From contig CAXKVF010000092.1 of assembly GCA_964057225.1 (NCBI GenBank), forward strand, positions 62,001 to 126,000: DNA of 64,000 bases. Direction: 5' to 3'. This DNA is from Auanema rhodensis. Taxonomy: Eukaryota; Animalia; Nematoda. The notes beneath the pieces were generated by a model that saw nothing but the letters and a program-made list of their open reading frames with translations, was not told the DNA's origin and searched no databases. The position numbers were made by a program, and so were the translations under genes. Below are positions 1 to 13,900 of the stretch, piece by piece (position 1 is the first letter of the stretch; each line of letters begins with the position of its first letter).

Positions 1-3000
1 GTAACTCGCTTCACGTGAAAGATAAAGAGATGCGGTTTTCAAAATTAGATTCCCCATGTCCATATTAGTCTAAAAACAAATTTTTATTGATATTGGTGCA
101 TGGTAACCATGACTTTGAAATTTACGTGAACTTTAATTTATGCTAATTAAATGTATACGTGATGTGCACTTGGTATGTAACTCGCTTCACGTGAAAGATA
201 AAGAGATGCGGTTTTCAAAATTAGATTCCCCATGTCCATATTAGTCTAAAAACAAATTTTTATTGATATTGGTTCATGGTAACCATGACTTTGAAATTTA
301 CGTGAACTTTAATTTATGCTAATTAAATGTATACGTGATGTGCACTTGGTATGTAACTCGCTTCACGTGAAAGATAAAGAGATGCGGTTTTCAAAATTAG
401 ATTTCCCATGTCCATATTAGTCTAAAAACAAATTTTTATTGATATTGGTTCATGGTAACCATGACTTTGAAATTTACGTGAACTTTAATTTATGCTAATT
501 AAATGTACACGTGATGTGCACTTGGTATGTAACTCGCTTCACGTGAAAGATAAAGAGATGCGGTTTTCAAAATTAGATTCCCCATGTCCATATTAGTCTA
601 AAAACAAATTTTTATTGATATTGGTGCATGGTAACCATGACTTTGAAATTTACGTGAACTTTAATTTATGCTAATTAAATGTACACGTGATGTGCACTTG
701 GTATGTAACTCGCTTCACGTGAAAGATAAAGAGATGCGGTTTTCAAAATTAGATTCCCCATGTCCATATTAGTCTAAAAACAAATTTTTATTGATATTGG
801 TGCATGGTAACCATGACTTTGAAATTTACGTGAACTTTAATTTATGCTAATTAAATGTATACGTGATGTGCACTTGGTATGTAACTCGCTTCACGTGAAA
901 GATAAAGAGATGCGGTTTTCAAAATTAGATTCCCCATGTCCATATTAGTCTAAAAACAAATTTTTATTGATATTGGTTCATGGTAACCATGACTTTGAAA
1001 TTTACGTGAACTTTAATTTATGCTAATTAAATGTATACGTGATGTGCACTTGGTATGTAACTCGCTTCACGTGAAAGATAAAGAGATGCGGTTTTCAAAA
1101 TTAGATTCCCCATGTCCATATTAGTCTAAAAACAAATTTTTATTGATATTGGTTCATGGTAACCATGACTTTGAAATTTACGTGAACTTTAATTTATGCT
1201 AATTAAATGTATACGTGATGTGCACTTGGTATGTAACTCGCTTCACGTGAAAGATAAAGAGATGCGGTTTTCAAAATTAGATTCCCCATGTCCATATTAG
1301 TCTAAAAACAAATTTTTATTGATATTGGTGCATGGTAACCATGACTTTGAAATTTACGTGAACTTTAATTTATGCTAATTAAATGTACACGTGATGTGCA
1401 CTTGGTATGTAACTCGCTTCACGTGAAAGATAAAGAGATGCGGTTTTCAAAATTAGATTCCCCATGTCCATATTAGTCTAAAAACAAATTTTTATTGATA
1501 TTGGTTCATGGTAACCATGACTTTGAAATTTACGTGAACTTTAATTTATGCTAATTAAATGTACACGTGATGTGCACTTGGTATGTAACTCGCTTCACGT
1601 GAAAGATAAAGAGAGGCGGTTTTCAAAATTAGATTCCCCATGTCCATATTAGTCTAAAAACAAATTTCTATTGATATTGGTGCATGGTAACCATGACTTT
1701 GAAATTTACGTGAACTTTAATTTATGCTAATTAAATGTACACGTGATGTGCACTTGGTATGTAACTCGCTTCACGTGAAAGATAAAGAGATGCGGTTTTC
1801 AAAATTAGATTCCCCATGTCCATATTAGTCTAAAAACAAATTTTTATTGATATTGGTGCATGGTAACCATGACTTTGAAATTTACGTGAACTTTAATTTA
1901 TGCTAATTAAATGTACACGTGATGTGCACTTGGTATGTAACTCGCTTCACGTGAAAGATAAAGAGATGCGGTTTTCAAAATTAGATTCCCCATGTCCATA
2001 TTAGTCTAAAAACAAATTTTTATTGATATTGGTTCATGGTAACCATGACTTTGAAATTTACGTGAACTTTAATTTATGCTAATTAAATGTACACGTGATG
2101 TGCACTTGGTATGTAACTCGCTTCACGTGAAAGATAAAGAGATGCGGTTTTCAAAATTAGATTCCCCATGTCCATATTAGTCTAAAAACAAATTTTTATT
2201 GATATTGGTGCATGGTAACCATGACTTTGAAATTTACGTGAACTTTAATTTATGCTAATTAAATGTACACGTGATGTGCACTTGGTATGTAACTCGCTTC
2301 ACGTGAAAGATAAAGAGATGCGGTTTTCAAAATTAGATTCCCCATGTCCATATTAGTCTAAAAACAAATTTTTATTGATATTGGTGCATGGTAACCATGA
2401 CTTTGAAATTTACGTGAACTTTAATTTATGCTAATTAAATGTACACGTGATGTGCACTTGGTATGTAACTCGCTTCACGTGAAAGATAAAGAGATGCGGT
2501 TTTCAAAATTAGATTCCCCATGTCCATATTAGTCTAAAAACAAATTTTTATTGATATTGGTTCATGGTAACCATGACTTTGAAATTTACGTGAACTTTAA
2601 TTTATGCTAATTAAATGTACACGTGATGTGCACTTGGTATGTAACTCGCTTCACGTGAAAGATAAAGAGAGGCGGTTTTCAAAATTAGATTCCCCATGTC
2701 CATATTAGTCTAAAAACAAATTTTTATTGATATTGGTGCATGGTAACCATGACTTTGAAATTTACGTGAACTTTAATTTATGCTAATTAAATGTACACGT
2801 GATGTGCACTTGGTATGTAACTCGCTTCACGTGAAAGATGAAGAGATGCGGTTTTCAAAATTAGATTCCCCATGTCCATATTAGTCTAAAAACAAATTTT
2901 TATTGATATTGGTGCATGGTAACCATGACTTTGAAATTTACGTGAACTTTAATTTATGCTAATTAAATGTACACGTGATGTGCACTTGGTATGTAACTCG

Positions 3001-6000
3001 CTTCACGTGAAAGATAAAGAGATGCGGTTTTCAAAATTAGATTCCCCATGTCCATATTAGTCTAAAAACAAATTTTTATTGATATTGGTGCATGGTAACC
3101 ATGACTTTGAAATTTACGTGAACTTTAATTTATGCTAATTAAATGTACACGTGATGTGCACTTGGTATGTAACTCGCTTCACGTGAAAGATAAAGAGATG
3201 CGGTTTTCAAAATTAGATTCCTCATGTCCATATTAGTCTAAAAACAAATTTTTATTGATATTGGTGCATGGTAACCATGACTTTGAAATTTACGTGAACT
3301 TTAATTTATGCTAATTAAATGTACACGTGATGTGCACTTGGTATGTAACTCGCTTCACGTGAAAGATAAAGAGATGCGGTTTTCAAAATTAGATTCCCCA
3401 TGTCCATATTAGTCTAAAAACAAATTTTTATTGATATTGGTGCATGGTAACCATGACTTTGAAATTTACGTGAACTTTAATTTATGCTAATTAAATGTAC
3501 ACGTGATGTGCACTTGGTATGTAACTCGCTTCACGTGAAAGATAAAGAGATGCGGTTTTCAAAATAAGATTCCCCATGTACATATTAGTCTAAAAACAAA
3601 TTTTTATTGATATTGGCGCATGGTAACCATGACTTTGAAATTTACGTGAACTTTAATTTATGCTAATTAAATGTACACGTGATGTGCACTTGGTATGTAA
3701 CTCGCTTCACGTGAAAGATAAAGAGATGCGGTTTTCAAAATTAGATTCCCCATGTCCATATTAGTCTAAAAACAAATTTTTATTGATATTGGTGCATGGT
3801 AACCATGACTTTGAAATTTACGTGAACTTTAATTTATGCTAATTAAATGTACACGTGATGTGCACTTGGTATGTAACTCGCTTCACGTGAAAGATAAAGA
3901 GATGCGGTTTTCAAAATTAGATTCCCCATGTCCATATTAGTCTAAAAACAAATTTTTATTGATATTGGTGCATGGTAACCATGACTTTGAAATTTACGTG
4001 AACTTTAATTTATGCTAATTAAATGTACACGTGATGTGCACTTGGTATGTAACTCGCTTCACGTGAAAGATAAAGAGATGCGGTTTTCAAAATTAGATTC
4101 CCCATGTCCATATTAGTCTAAAAACAAATTTTTATTGATATTGGTTCATGGTAACCATGACTTTGAAATTTACGTGAACTTTAATTTATGCTAATTAAAT
4201 GTACACGTGATGTGCACTTGGTATGTAACTCGCTTCACGTGAAAGATAAAGAGATGCGGTTTTCAAAATTAGATTCCCCATGTCCATATTAGTCTAAAAA
4301 CAAATTTTTATTGATATTGGTGCATGGTAACCATGACTTTGAAATTTACGTGAACTTTAATTTATGCTAATTAAATGTACACGTGATGTGCACTTGGTAT
4401 GTAACTCGCTTCACGTGAAAGATAAAGAGATGCGGTTTTCAAAATTAGATTCCCCATGTCCATATTAGTCTAAAAACAAATTTTTATTGATATTGGTGCA
4501 TGGTAACCATGACTTTGAAAGTTACGTGAACTTTAATTTATGCTAATTAAATGTACACGTGATGTGCACTTGGTATGTAACTCGCTTCACGTGAAAGATA
4601 AAGAGATGCGGTTTTCAATATTAGATTCCCCATGTCCATATTAGTCTAAAAACAAATTTTTATTGATATTGGTGCATGGTAACCATGACTTTGAAAGTTA
4701 CGTGAACTTTAATTTATGCTAATTAAATGTACACGTGATGTGCACTTGGTATGTAACTCGCTTCACGTGAAAGATAAAGAGATGCGGTTTTCAATATTAG
4801 ATTCCCCATGTCCATATTAGTCTAAAAACAAATTTTTATTGATATTGGTTCATGGTAACCATGACTTTGAAATTTACGTGAACTTTAATTTATGCTAATT
4901 AAATGTACACGTGATGTGCACTTGGTATGTAACTCGCTTCACGTGAAAGATAAAGAGATGCGGTTTTCAAAATTAGATTCCCCATGTCCATATTAGTCTA
5001 AAAACAAATTTTTATTGATATTGGTGCATGGTAACCATGACTTTGAAATTTACGTGAACTTTAATTTATGCTAATTAAATGTACACGTGATGTGCACTTG
5101 GTATGTAACTCGCTTCACGTGAAAGATAAAGAGATGCGGTTTTCAAAATTAGATTCCCCATGTCCATATTAGTCTAAAAACAAATTTTTATTGATATTGG
5201 TTCATGGTAACCATGACTTTGAAATTTACGTGAACTTTAATTTATGCTAATTAAATGTACACGTGATGTGCACTTGGTATGTAACTCGCTTCACGTGAAA
5301 GATAAAGAGATTCGGTTTTCAAAATTAGATTCCCCATGTCCATATTAGTCTAAAAACAAATTTTTATTGATATTGGTGCATGGTAACCATGACTTTGAAA
5401 TTTACGTGAACTTTAATTTATGCTAATTAAATGTACACGTGATGTGCACTTGGTATGTAACTCGCTTCACGTGAAAGATGAAGAGATGCGGTTTTCAAAA
5501 TTAGATTCCCCATGTCCATATTAGTCTAAAAACAAATTTTTATTGATATTGGTGCATGGTAACCATGACTTTGAAATTTACGTGAACTTTAATTTATGCT
5601 AATTAAATGTACACGTGATGTGCACTTGGTATGTAACTCGCTTCACGTGAAAGATAAAGAGATGCGGTTTTCAAAATTAGATTCCCCATGTCCATATTAG
5701 TCTAAAAACAAATTTTTATTGATATTGGTTCATGGTAACCATGACTTTGAAATTTACGTGAACTTTAATTTATGCTAATTAAATGTACACGTGATGTGCA
5801 CTTGGTATGTAACTCGCTTCACGTGAAAGATAAAGAGATGCGGTTTTCAAAATTAGATTCCCCATGTCCATATTAGTCTAAAAACAAATTTTTATTGATA
5901 TTGGTTCATGGTAACCATGACTTTGAAATTTACGTGAACTTTAATTAATGCTAATTAAATGTACACGTGATGTGCACTTGGTATGTAACTCGCTTCACGT

Positions 6001-9000
6001 GAAAGATAAAGAGATGCGGTTTTCAAAATTAGATTCCCCATGTCCATATTAGTCTAAAAACAAATTTTTATTGATATTGGTGCATGGTAACCATGACTTT
6101 GAAATTTACGTGAACTTTAATTTATGCTAATTAAATGTACACGTGATGTGCACTTGGTATGTAACTCGCTTCACGTGAAAGATAAAGAGATGCGGTTTTC
6201 AAAATTAGATTCCCCATGTCCATATTAGTCTAAAAACAAATTTTTATTGATATTGGTGCATGGTAACCATGACTTTGAAATTTACGTGAACTTTAATTTA
6301 TGCTAATTAAATGTACACGTGATGTGCACTTGGTATGTAACTCGCTTCACGTGAAAGATAAAGAGATGCGGTTTTCAAAATTAGATTCCCCATGTCCATA
6401 TTAGTCTAAAAACAAATTTTTATTGATATTGGTGCATGGTAACCATGACTTTGAAATTTACGTGAACTTTAATTTATGCTAATTAAATGTACACGTGATG
6501 TGCACTTGGTATGTAACTCTCTTCACGTGAAAGATAAAGAGATGCGGTTTTCAAAATTAGATTCCCCATGTCCATATTAGTCTAAAAACAAATTTTTATT
6601 GATATTTGTTCATGGTAACCATGACTTTGAAATTTACGTGAACTTTAATTTATGCTAATTAAATGTACACGTGATGTGCACTTGGTATGTAACTCGCTTC
6701 ACGTGAAAGATAAAAAGATGCGGTTTTCAAAATTAGATTCCCCATGTCCATATTAGTCTAAAAACAAATTTTTATTGATATTGGTGCATGGTAACCATGA
6801 CTTTGAAATTTACGTGAACTTTAATTTATGCTAATTGAATGTACACGTGATGTGCACTTGGTATGTAACTCGCTTCACGTGAAAGATAAAGAGATGCGGT
6901 TTTCAAAATTAGATTCCCCATGTCCATATTAGTCTAAAAACAAATTTTTATTGATATTGGTGCATGGTAACCATGACTTTGAAATTTACGTGAACTTTAA
7001 TTTATGCTAATTAAATGTACACGTGATGTGCACTTGGTATGTAACTCGCTTCACGTGAAAGATAAAGAGATGCGGTTTTCAAAATTAGATTCCCCATGTC
7101 CATATTAGTCTAAAAACAAATTTTTATTGATATTGGTGCATGGTAACCATGACTTTGAAAGTTACGTGAACTTTAATTTATGCTAATTAAATGTACACGT
7201 GATGTGCACTTGGTATGTAACTCGCTTCACGTGAAAGATAAAGAGATGCGGTTTTCAAAATTAGATTCCCCATGTCCATATTAGTCTAAAAACAAATTTT
7301 TATTGATATTGGTTCATGGTAACCATGACTTTGAAATTTACGTGAACTTTAATTTATGCTAATTAAATGTACACGTGATGTGCACTTGGTATGTAACTCG
7401 CTTCACGTGAAAGATAAAGAGATTCGGTTTTCAAAATTAGATTCCCCATGTCCATATTAGTCTAAAAACAAATTTTTATTGATATTGGTGCATGGTAACC
7501 ATGACTTTGAAATTTACGTGAACTTTAATTTATGCTAATTAAATGTACACGTGATGTGCACTTGGTATGTAACTCGCTTCACGTGAAAGATGAAGAGATG
7601 CGGTTTTCAAAATTAGATTCCCCATGTCCATATTAGTCTAAAAACAAATTTTTATTGATATTGGTGCATGGTAACCATGACTTTGAAATTTACGTGAACT
7701 TTAATTTATGCTAATTAAATGTACACGTGATGTGCACTTGGTATGTAACTCGCTTCACGTGAAAGATAAAGAGATGCGGTTTTCAAAATTAGATTCCCCA
7801 TGTCCATATTAGTCTAAAAACAAATTTTTATTGATATTGGTTCATGGTAACCATGACTTTGAAATTTACGTGAACTTTAATTTATGCTAATTAAATGTAC
7901 ACGTGATGTGCACTTGGTATGTAACTCGCTTCACGTGAAAGATAAAGAGATGCGGTTTTCAAAATTAGATTCCCCATGTCCATATTAGTCTAAAAACAAA
8001 TTTTTATTGATATTGGTTCATGGTAACCATGACTTTGAAATTTACGTGAACTTTAATTAATGCTAATTAAATGTACACGTGATGTGCACTTGGTATGTAA
8101 CTCGCTTCACGTGAAAGATAAAGAGATGCGGTTTTCAAAATTAGATTCCCCATGTCCATATTAGTCTAAAAACAAATTTTTATTGATATTGGTGCATGGT
8201 AACCATGACTTTGAAATTTACGTGAACTTTAATTTATGCTAATTAAATGTACACGTGATGTGCACTTGGTATGTAACTCGCTTCACGTGAAAGATAAAGA
8301 GATGCGGTTTTCAAAATTAGATTCCCCATGTCCATATTAGTCTAAAAACAAATTTTTATTGATATTGGTGCATGGTAACCATGACTTTGAAATTTACGTG
8401 AACTTTAATTTATGCTAATTAAATGTACACGTGATGTGCACTTGGTATGTAACTCTCTTCACGTGAAAGATAAAGAGATGCGGTTTTCAAAATTAGATTC
8501 CCCATGTCCATATTAGTCTAAAAACAAATTTTTATTGATATTGGTTCATGGTAACCATGACTTTGAAATTTACGTGAACTTTAATTTATGCTAATTAAAT
8601 GTACACGTGATGTGCACTTGGTATGTAACTCGCTTCACGTGAAAGATAAAGAGATGCGGTTTTCAAAATTAGATTCCCCATGTCCATATTAGTCTAAAAA
8701 CAAATTTTTATTGATATTGGTGCATGGTAACCATGACTTTGAAATTTACGTGAACTTTAATTTATGCTAATTGAATGTACACGTGATGTGCACTTGGTAT
8801 GTAACTCGCTTCACGTGAAAGATAAAGAGATGCGGTTTTCAAAATTAGATTCCCCATGTCCATATTAGTCTAAAAACAAATTTTTATTGATATTGGTGCA
8901 TGGTAACCATGACTTTGAAATTTACGTGAACTTTAATTTATGCTAATTAAATGTACACGTGATGTGCACTTGGTATGTAACTCGCTTCACGTGAAAGATA

Positions 9001-10902
9001 AAGAGATGCGGTTTTCAAAATTAGATTCCCCATGTCCATATTAGTCTAAAAACAAATTTTTATTGATATTGGTGCATGGTAACCATGACTTTGAAAGTTA
9101 CGTGAACTTTAATTTATGCTAATTAAATGTACACGTGATGTGCACTTGGTATGTAACTCGCTTCACTTGAATGATAAAGAGATGCGGTTTTCAAAATTAG
9201 ATTCCCCATGTCCATATTAGTCTAAAAACAAATTTTTATTGATATTGGTTCATGGTAACCATGACTTTGAAATTTACGTGAACTTTAATTTATGCTAATT
9301 AAATGTACACGTGATGTGCACTTGGTATGTAACTCGCTTCACGTGAATGATAAAGAGATGCGGTTTTCAAAATTAGATTCCCCATGTCCATATTAGTCTA
9401 AAAACAAATTATTATTGATATTGGTGCATGGTAACCATGACTTTGAAAGTTACGTGAACTTTAATTTATGCTAATTAAATGTACACGTGATGTGCACTTG
9501 GTATGTAACTCGCTTCACTTGAAAGATAAAGAGATGCGGTTTTCAAAATTAGATTCCCCATGTCCATATTAGTCTAAAAACAAATTTTTATTGATATTGG
9601 TTCATGGTAACCATGACTTTGAAATTTACGTGAACTTTAATTTATGCTAATTAAATGTACACGTGATGTGCACTTGGTATGTAACTCGCTTCACGTGAAA
9701 GATAAAGAGATGTGGTTTTCAAAATTAGAATCCCCATGTCCATATTAGTCTAAAAACAAATTTTTATTGATATTGGTGCATGGTAACCATGACTTTGAAA
9801 TTTACGTGAACTTTAATTTATGCTAATTAAATGTACACGTGATGTGCACTTGGTATGTAACTCTCTTCACGTGAAAGATAAAGAGATGCGGTTTTCAAAA
9901 TTAGATTCCCCATGTCCATATTAGTCTAAAAACAAATTTTTATTGATATTGGTTCATGGTAACCATGACTTTGAAATTTACGTGAACTTTAATTTATGCT
10001 AATTAAATGTGCACGTGATGTGCACTTGGTATGTAACTCGCTTCACGTGAAAGATAAAGAGATGCGGTTTTCAAAATTAGATTCCCCATGTCCATATTAG
10101 TCTAAAAACAAATTTTTATTGATATTGGTGCATGGTAACCATGACTTTGAAATTTACGTGAACTTTAATTTATGCTAATTAAATGTACACGTGATGTGCA
10201 CTTGGTATGTAACTCGCTTCACGTGAAAGATGAAGAGATGCGGTTTGCAAAATTAGATTCCCCATGTCCATATTAGTCTAAAAACAAATTTTTATTGACA
10301 TTGGTGCATGGTAACCATGACTTTGAAATTTACGTGAACTTTAATTTATGCTAATTAAATGTACACGTGATGTGCACTTGGTATGTAACTCGCTTCACGT
10401 GAAAGATAAAGAGATGCGGTTTTCAAAATTAGATTCCCCATGTCCATATTAGTCTAAAAACAAATTTTTATTGATATTGGTGCATGGTAACCATGACTTT
10501 GAAATTTACGTGAACTTTAATTTATGCTAATTAAATGTACACGTGATGTGCACTTGGTATGTAACTCGCTTCACGTGAATGATAAAGAGATGCGGTTTTC
10601 AAAATTAGATTCCCCATGTCCATATTAGTCTAAAAACAAATTATTATTGATATTGGTGCATGGTAACCATGACTTTGAAAGTTACGTGAACTTTAATTTA
10701 TGCTAATTAAATGTACACGTGATGTGCACTTGGTATGTAACTCGCTTCACGTGAAAGATAAAGAGATGCGGTTTTCAAAATTAGATTCCCCATGTCCATA
10801 TTAGTCTAAAAACAAATTTTTATTGATATTGGTTCATGGTAACCATGACTTTGAAATTTACGTGAACTTTAATTTATGCTAATTAAATGTACACGTGATG
10901 TG

Positions 10903-10944
10903 CACTTGGTATGTAACTCGCTTCACTTGGTATGTAACTCGCTT
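10903..10944 (+). repeat. 21-bp internal tandem duplication (CACTTGGTATGTAACTCGCTT)x2, first occurrence of the 197-bp variant monomer
   Basis: Read directly at 10903-10944. Also at 17788, 18515, 20824, 21373, 22450, 23703, 24076, 26737, 27110 and 29067, and twice in each inverted block. Confidence 0.96.
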
Positions 10945-13900
10945 CACGTGAAAGATGAAGAGATGCGGTTTTCAAAATTAGATTCCCCATGTCCATATTA
11001 GTCTAAAAACAAATTTTTATTGATATTGGTGCATGGTAACCATGACTTTGAAATTTACGTGAACTTTAATTTATGCTAATTAAATGTACACGTGATGTGC
11101 ACTTGGTATGTAACTCGCTTCACGTGAAAGATAAAGAGATGCGGTTTTCAAAATTAGATTCCCCATGTCCATATTAGTCTAAAAACAAATTTTTATTGAT
11201 ATTGGTGCATGGTAACCATGACTTTGAAATTTACGTGAACTTTAATTTATGCTAATTAAATGTACACGTGATGTGCACTTGGTATGTAACTCGCTTCACG
11301 TGAAAGATAAAGAGATGCGGTTTTCAAAATTAGATTCCCCATGTCCATATTAGTCTAAAAACAAATTTTTATTGATATTGGTTCATGGTAACCATGACTT
11401 TGAAATTTACGTGAACTTTAATTTATGCTAATTAAATGTACACGTGATGTGCACTTGGTATGTAACTCGCTTCACGTGAAAGATAAAGAGATGCGGTTTT
11501 CAAAATTAGATTCCCCATGTCCATATTAGTCTAAAAACAAATTTTTATTGATCTTGGTGCATGGTAACCATGACTTTGAAATTTACGTGAACTTTAATTT
11601 ATGCTAATTAAATGTACACGTGATGTGCACTTGGTATGTAACTCGCTTCACGTGAAAGATGAAGAGATGCGGTTTTCAAAATTAGATTCCCCATGTCCAT
11701 ATTAGTCTAAAAACAAATTTTTATTGATATTGGTGCATGGTAACCATGACTTTGAAATTTACGTGAACTTTAATTTATGCTAATTAAATGTACACGTGAT
11801 GTGCACTTGGTATGTAACTCGCTTCACGTGAAAGATGAAGAGATGCGGTTTTCAAAATTAGATTCCCCATGTCCATATTAGTCTAAAAACAAATTTTTAT
11901 TGATATTGGTGCATGGTAACCATGACTTTGAAATTTACGTGAACTTTAATTTATGCTAATTAAATGTACACGTGATGTGCACTTGGTATGTAACTCGCTT
12001 CACGTGAAAGATGAAGAGATGCGGTTTTCAAAATTAGATTCCCCATGTCCATATTAGTCTAAAAACAAATTTTTATTGATATTGGTTCATGGTAACCATG
12101 ACTTTGAAATTTACGTGAACTTTAATTTATGCTAATTAAATGTACACGTGATGTGCACTTGGTATGTAACTCGCTTCACGTGAAAGATAAAGAGATGCGG
12201 TTTTCAAAATTAGATTCCCCATGTCCATATTAGTCTAAAAACAAATTTTTATTGATATTGGTGCATGGTAACCATGACTTTGAAATTTACGTGAACTTTA
12301 ATTTATGCTAATTAAATGTACACGTGATGTGCACTTGGTATGTAACTCGCTTCACGTGAAAGATGAAGAGATGCGGTTTTCAAAATTAGATTCCCCATGT
12401 CCATATTAGTCTAAAAACAAATTTTTATTGATATTGGTGCATGGTAACCATGACTTTGAAATTTACGTGAACTTTAATTTATGCTAATTAAATGTACACG
12501 TGATGTGCACTTGGTATGTAACTCGCTTCACGTGAAAGATGAAGAGATGCGGTTTTCAAAATTAGATTCCCCATGTCCATATTAGTCTAAAAACAAATTT
12601 TTATTGATATTGGTTCATGGTAACCATGACTTTGAAATTTACGTGAACTTTAATTTATGCTAATTAAATGTACACGTGATGTGCACTTGGTATGTAACTC
12701 GCTTCACGTGAAAGATAAAGAGATGCGGTTTTCAAAATTAGATTCCCCATGTCCATATTAGTCTAAAAACAAATTTTTATTGATATTGGTGCATGGTAAC
12801 CATGACTTTGAAATTTACGTGAACTTTAATTTATGCTAATTAAATGTACACGTGATGTGCACTTGGTATGTAACTCGCTTCACGTGAAAGATAAAGAGAT
12901 GCGGTTTTCAAAATTAGATTCCCCATGTCCATATTAGTCTAAAAACAAATTTTTATTGATATTGGTGCATGGTAACCATGACTTTGAAATTTACGTGAAC
13001 TTTAATTTATGCTAATTAAATGTACACGTGATGTGCACTTGGTATGTAACTCGCTTCACGTGAAAGATAAAGAGATGCGGTTTTCAAAATTAGATTCCCC
13101 ATGTCCATATTAGTCTAAAAACAAATTTTTATTGATATTGGTGCATGGTAACCATGACTTTGAAATTTACGTGAACTTTAATTTATGCTAATTAAATGTA
13201 CACGTGATGTGCACTTGGTATGTAACTCGCTTCACGTGAAAGATAAAGAGATGCGGTTTTCAAAATTAGATTCCCCATGTCCATATTAGTCTAAAAACAA
13301 ATTTTTATTGATATTGGTTCATGGTAACCATGACTTTGAAATTTACGTGAACTTTAATTTATGCTAATTAAAAGTACACGTGATGTGCACTTGGTATGTA
13401 ACTCGCTTCACGTGAAAGATAAAGAGATGCGGTTTTCAAAATTAGATTCCCCATGTCCATATTAGTCTAAAAACAAATTTTTATTGATATTGGTTCATGG
13501 TAACCATGACTTTGAAATTTACGTGAACTTTAATTTATGCTAATTAAATGTACACGTGATGTGCACTTGGTATGTAACTCGCTTCACGTGAAAGATAAAG
13601 AGATGTGGTTTTCAAAATTAGATTCCCCATGTCCATATTAGTCTAAAAACAAATTTTTATTGATATTGGTGCATGGTAACCATGACTTTGAAATTTACGT
13701 GAACTTTAATTTATGCTAATTAAATGTACACGTGATGTGCACTTGGTATGTAACTCTCTTCACGTGAAAGATAAAGAGATGCGGTTTTCAAACTTAGATT
13801 CCCCATGTCCATATTAGTCTAAAAACAAATTTTTATTGATATAGGTTCATGGTAACCATGACTTTGAAATTTACGTGAACTTTAATTTATGCTAATTAAA

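Noticed and set aside
99-111. Terminator or structured ncRNA from the CATGGTAACCATG dyad
   Set aside because: The stem is short with a 1-nt centre, there is no gene context, and nothing in the sequence indicates transcription.
1-176. Assignment to a named 170-180-bp satellite (primate alpha, Arabidopsis CEN178, Brassica CentBr, honeybee AluI) or a CENP-B box
   Set aside because: The sequence does not resemble those consensus sequences as I recall them. It has no AGCT or AAGCTT site and no TTCG....A..CGGG box. Length alone is not evidence, and a database search is needed.
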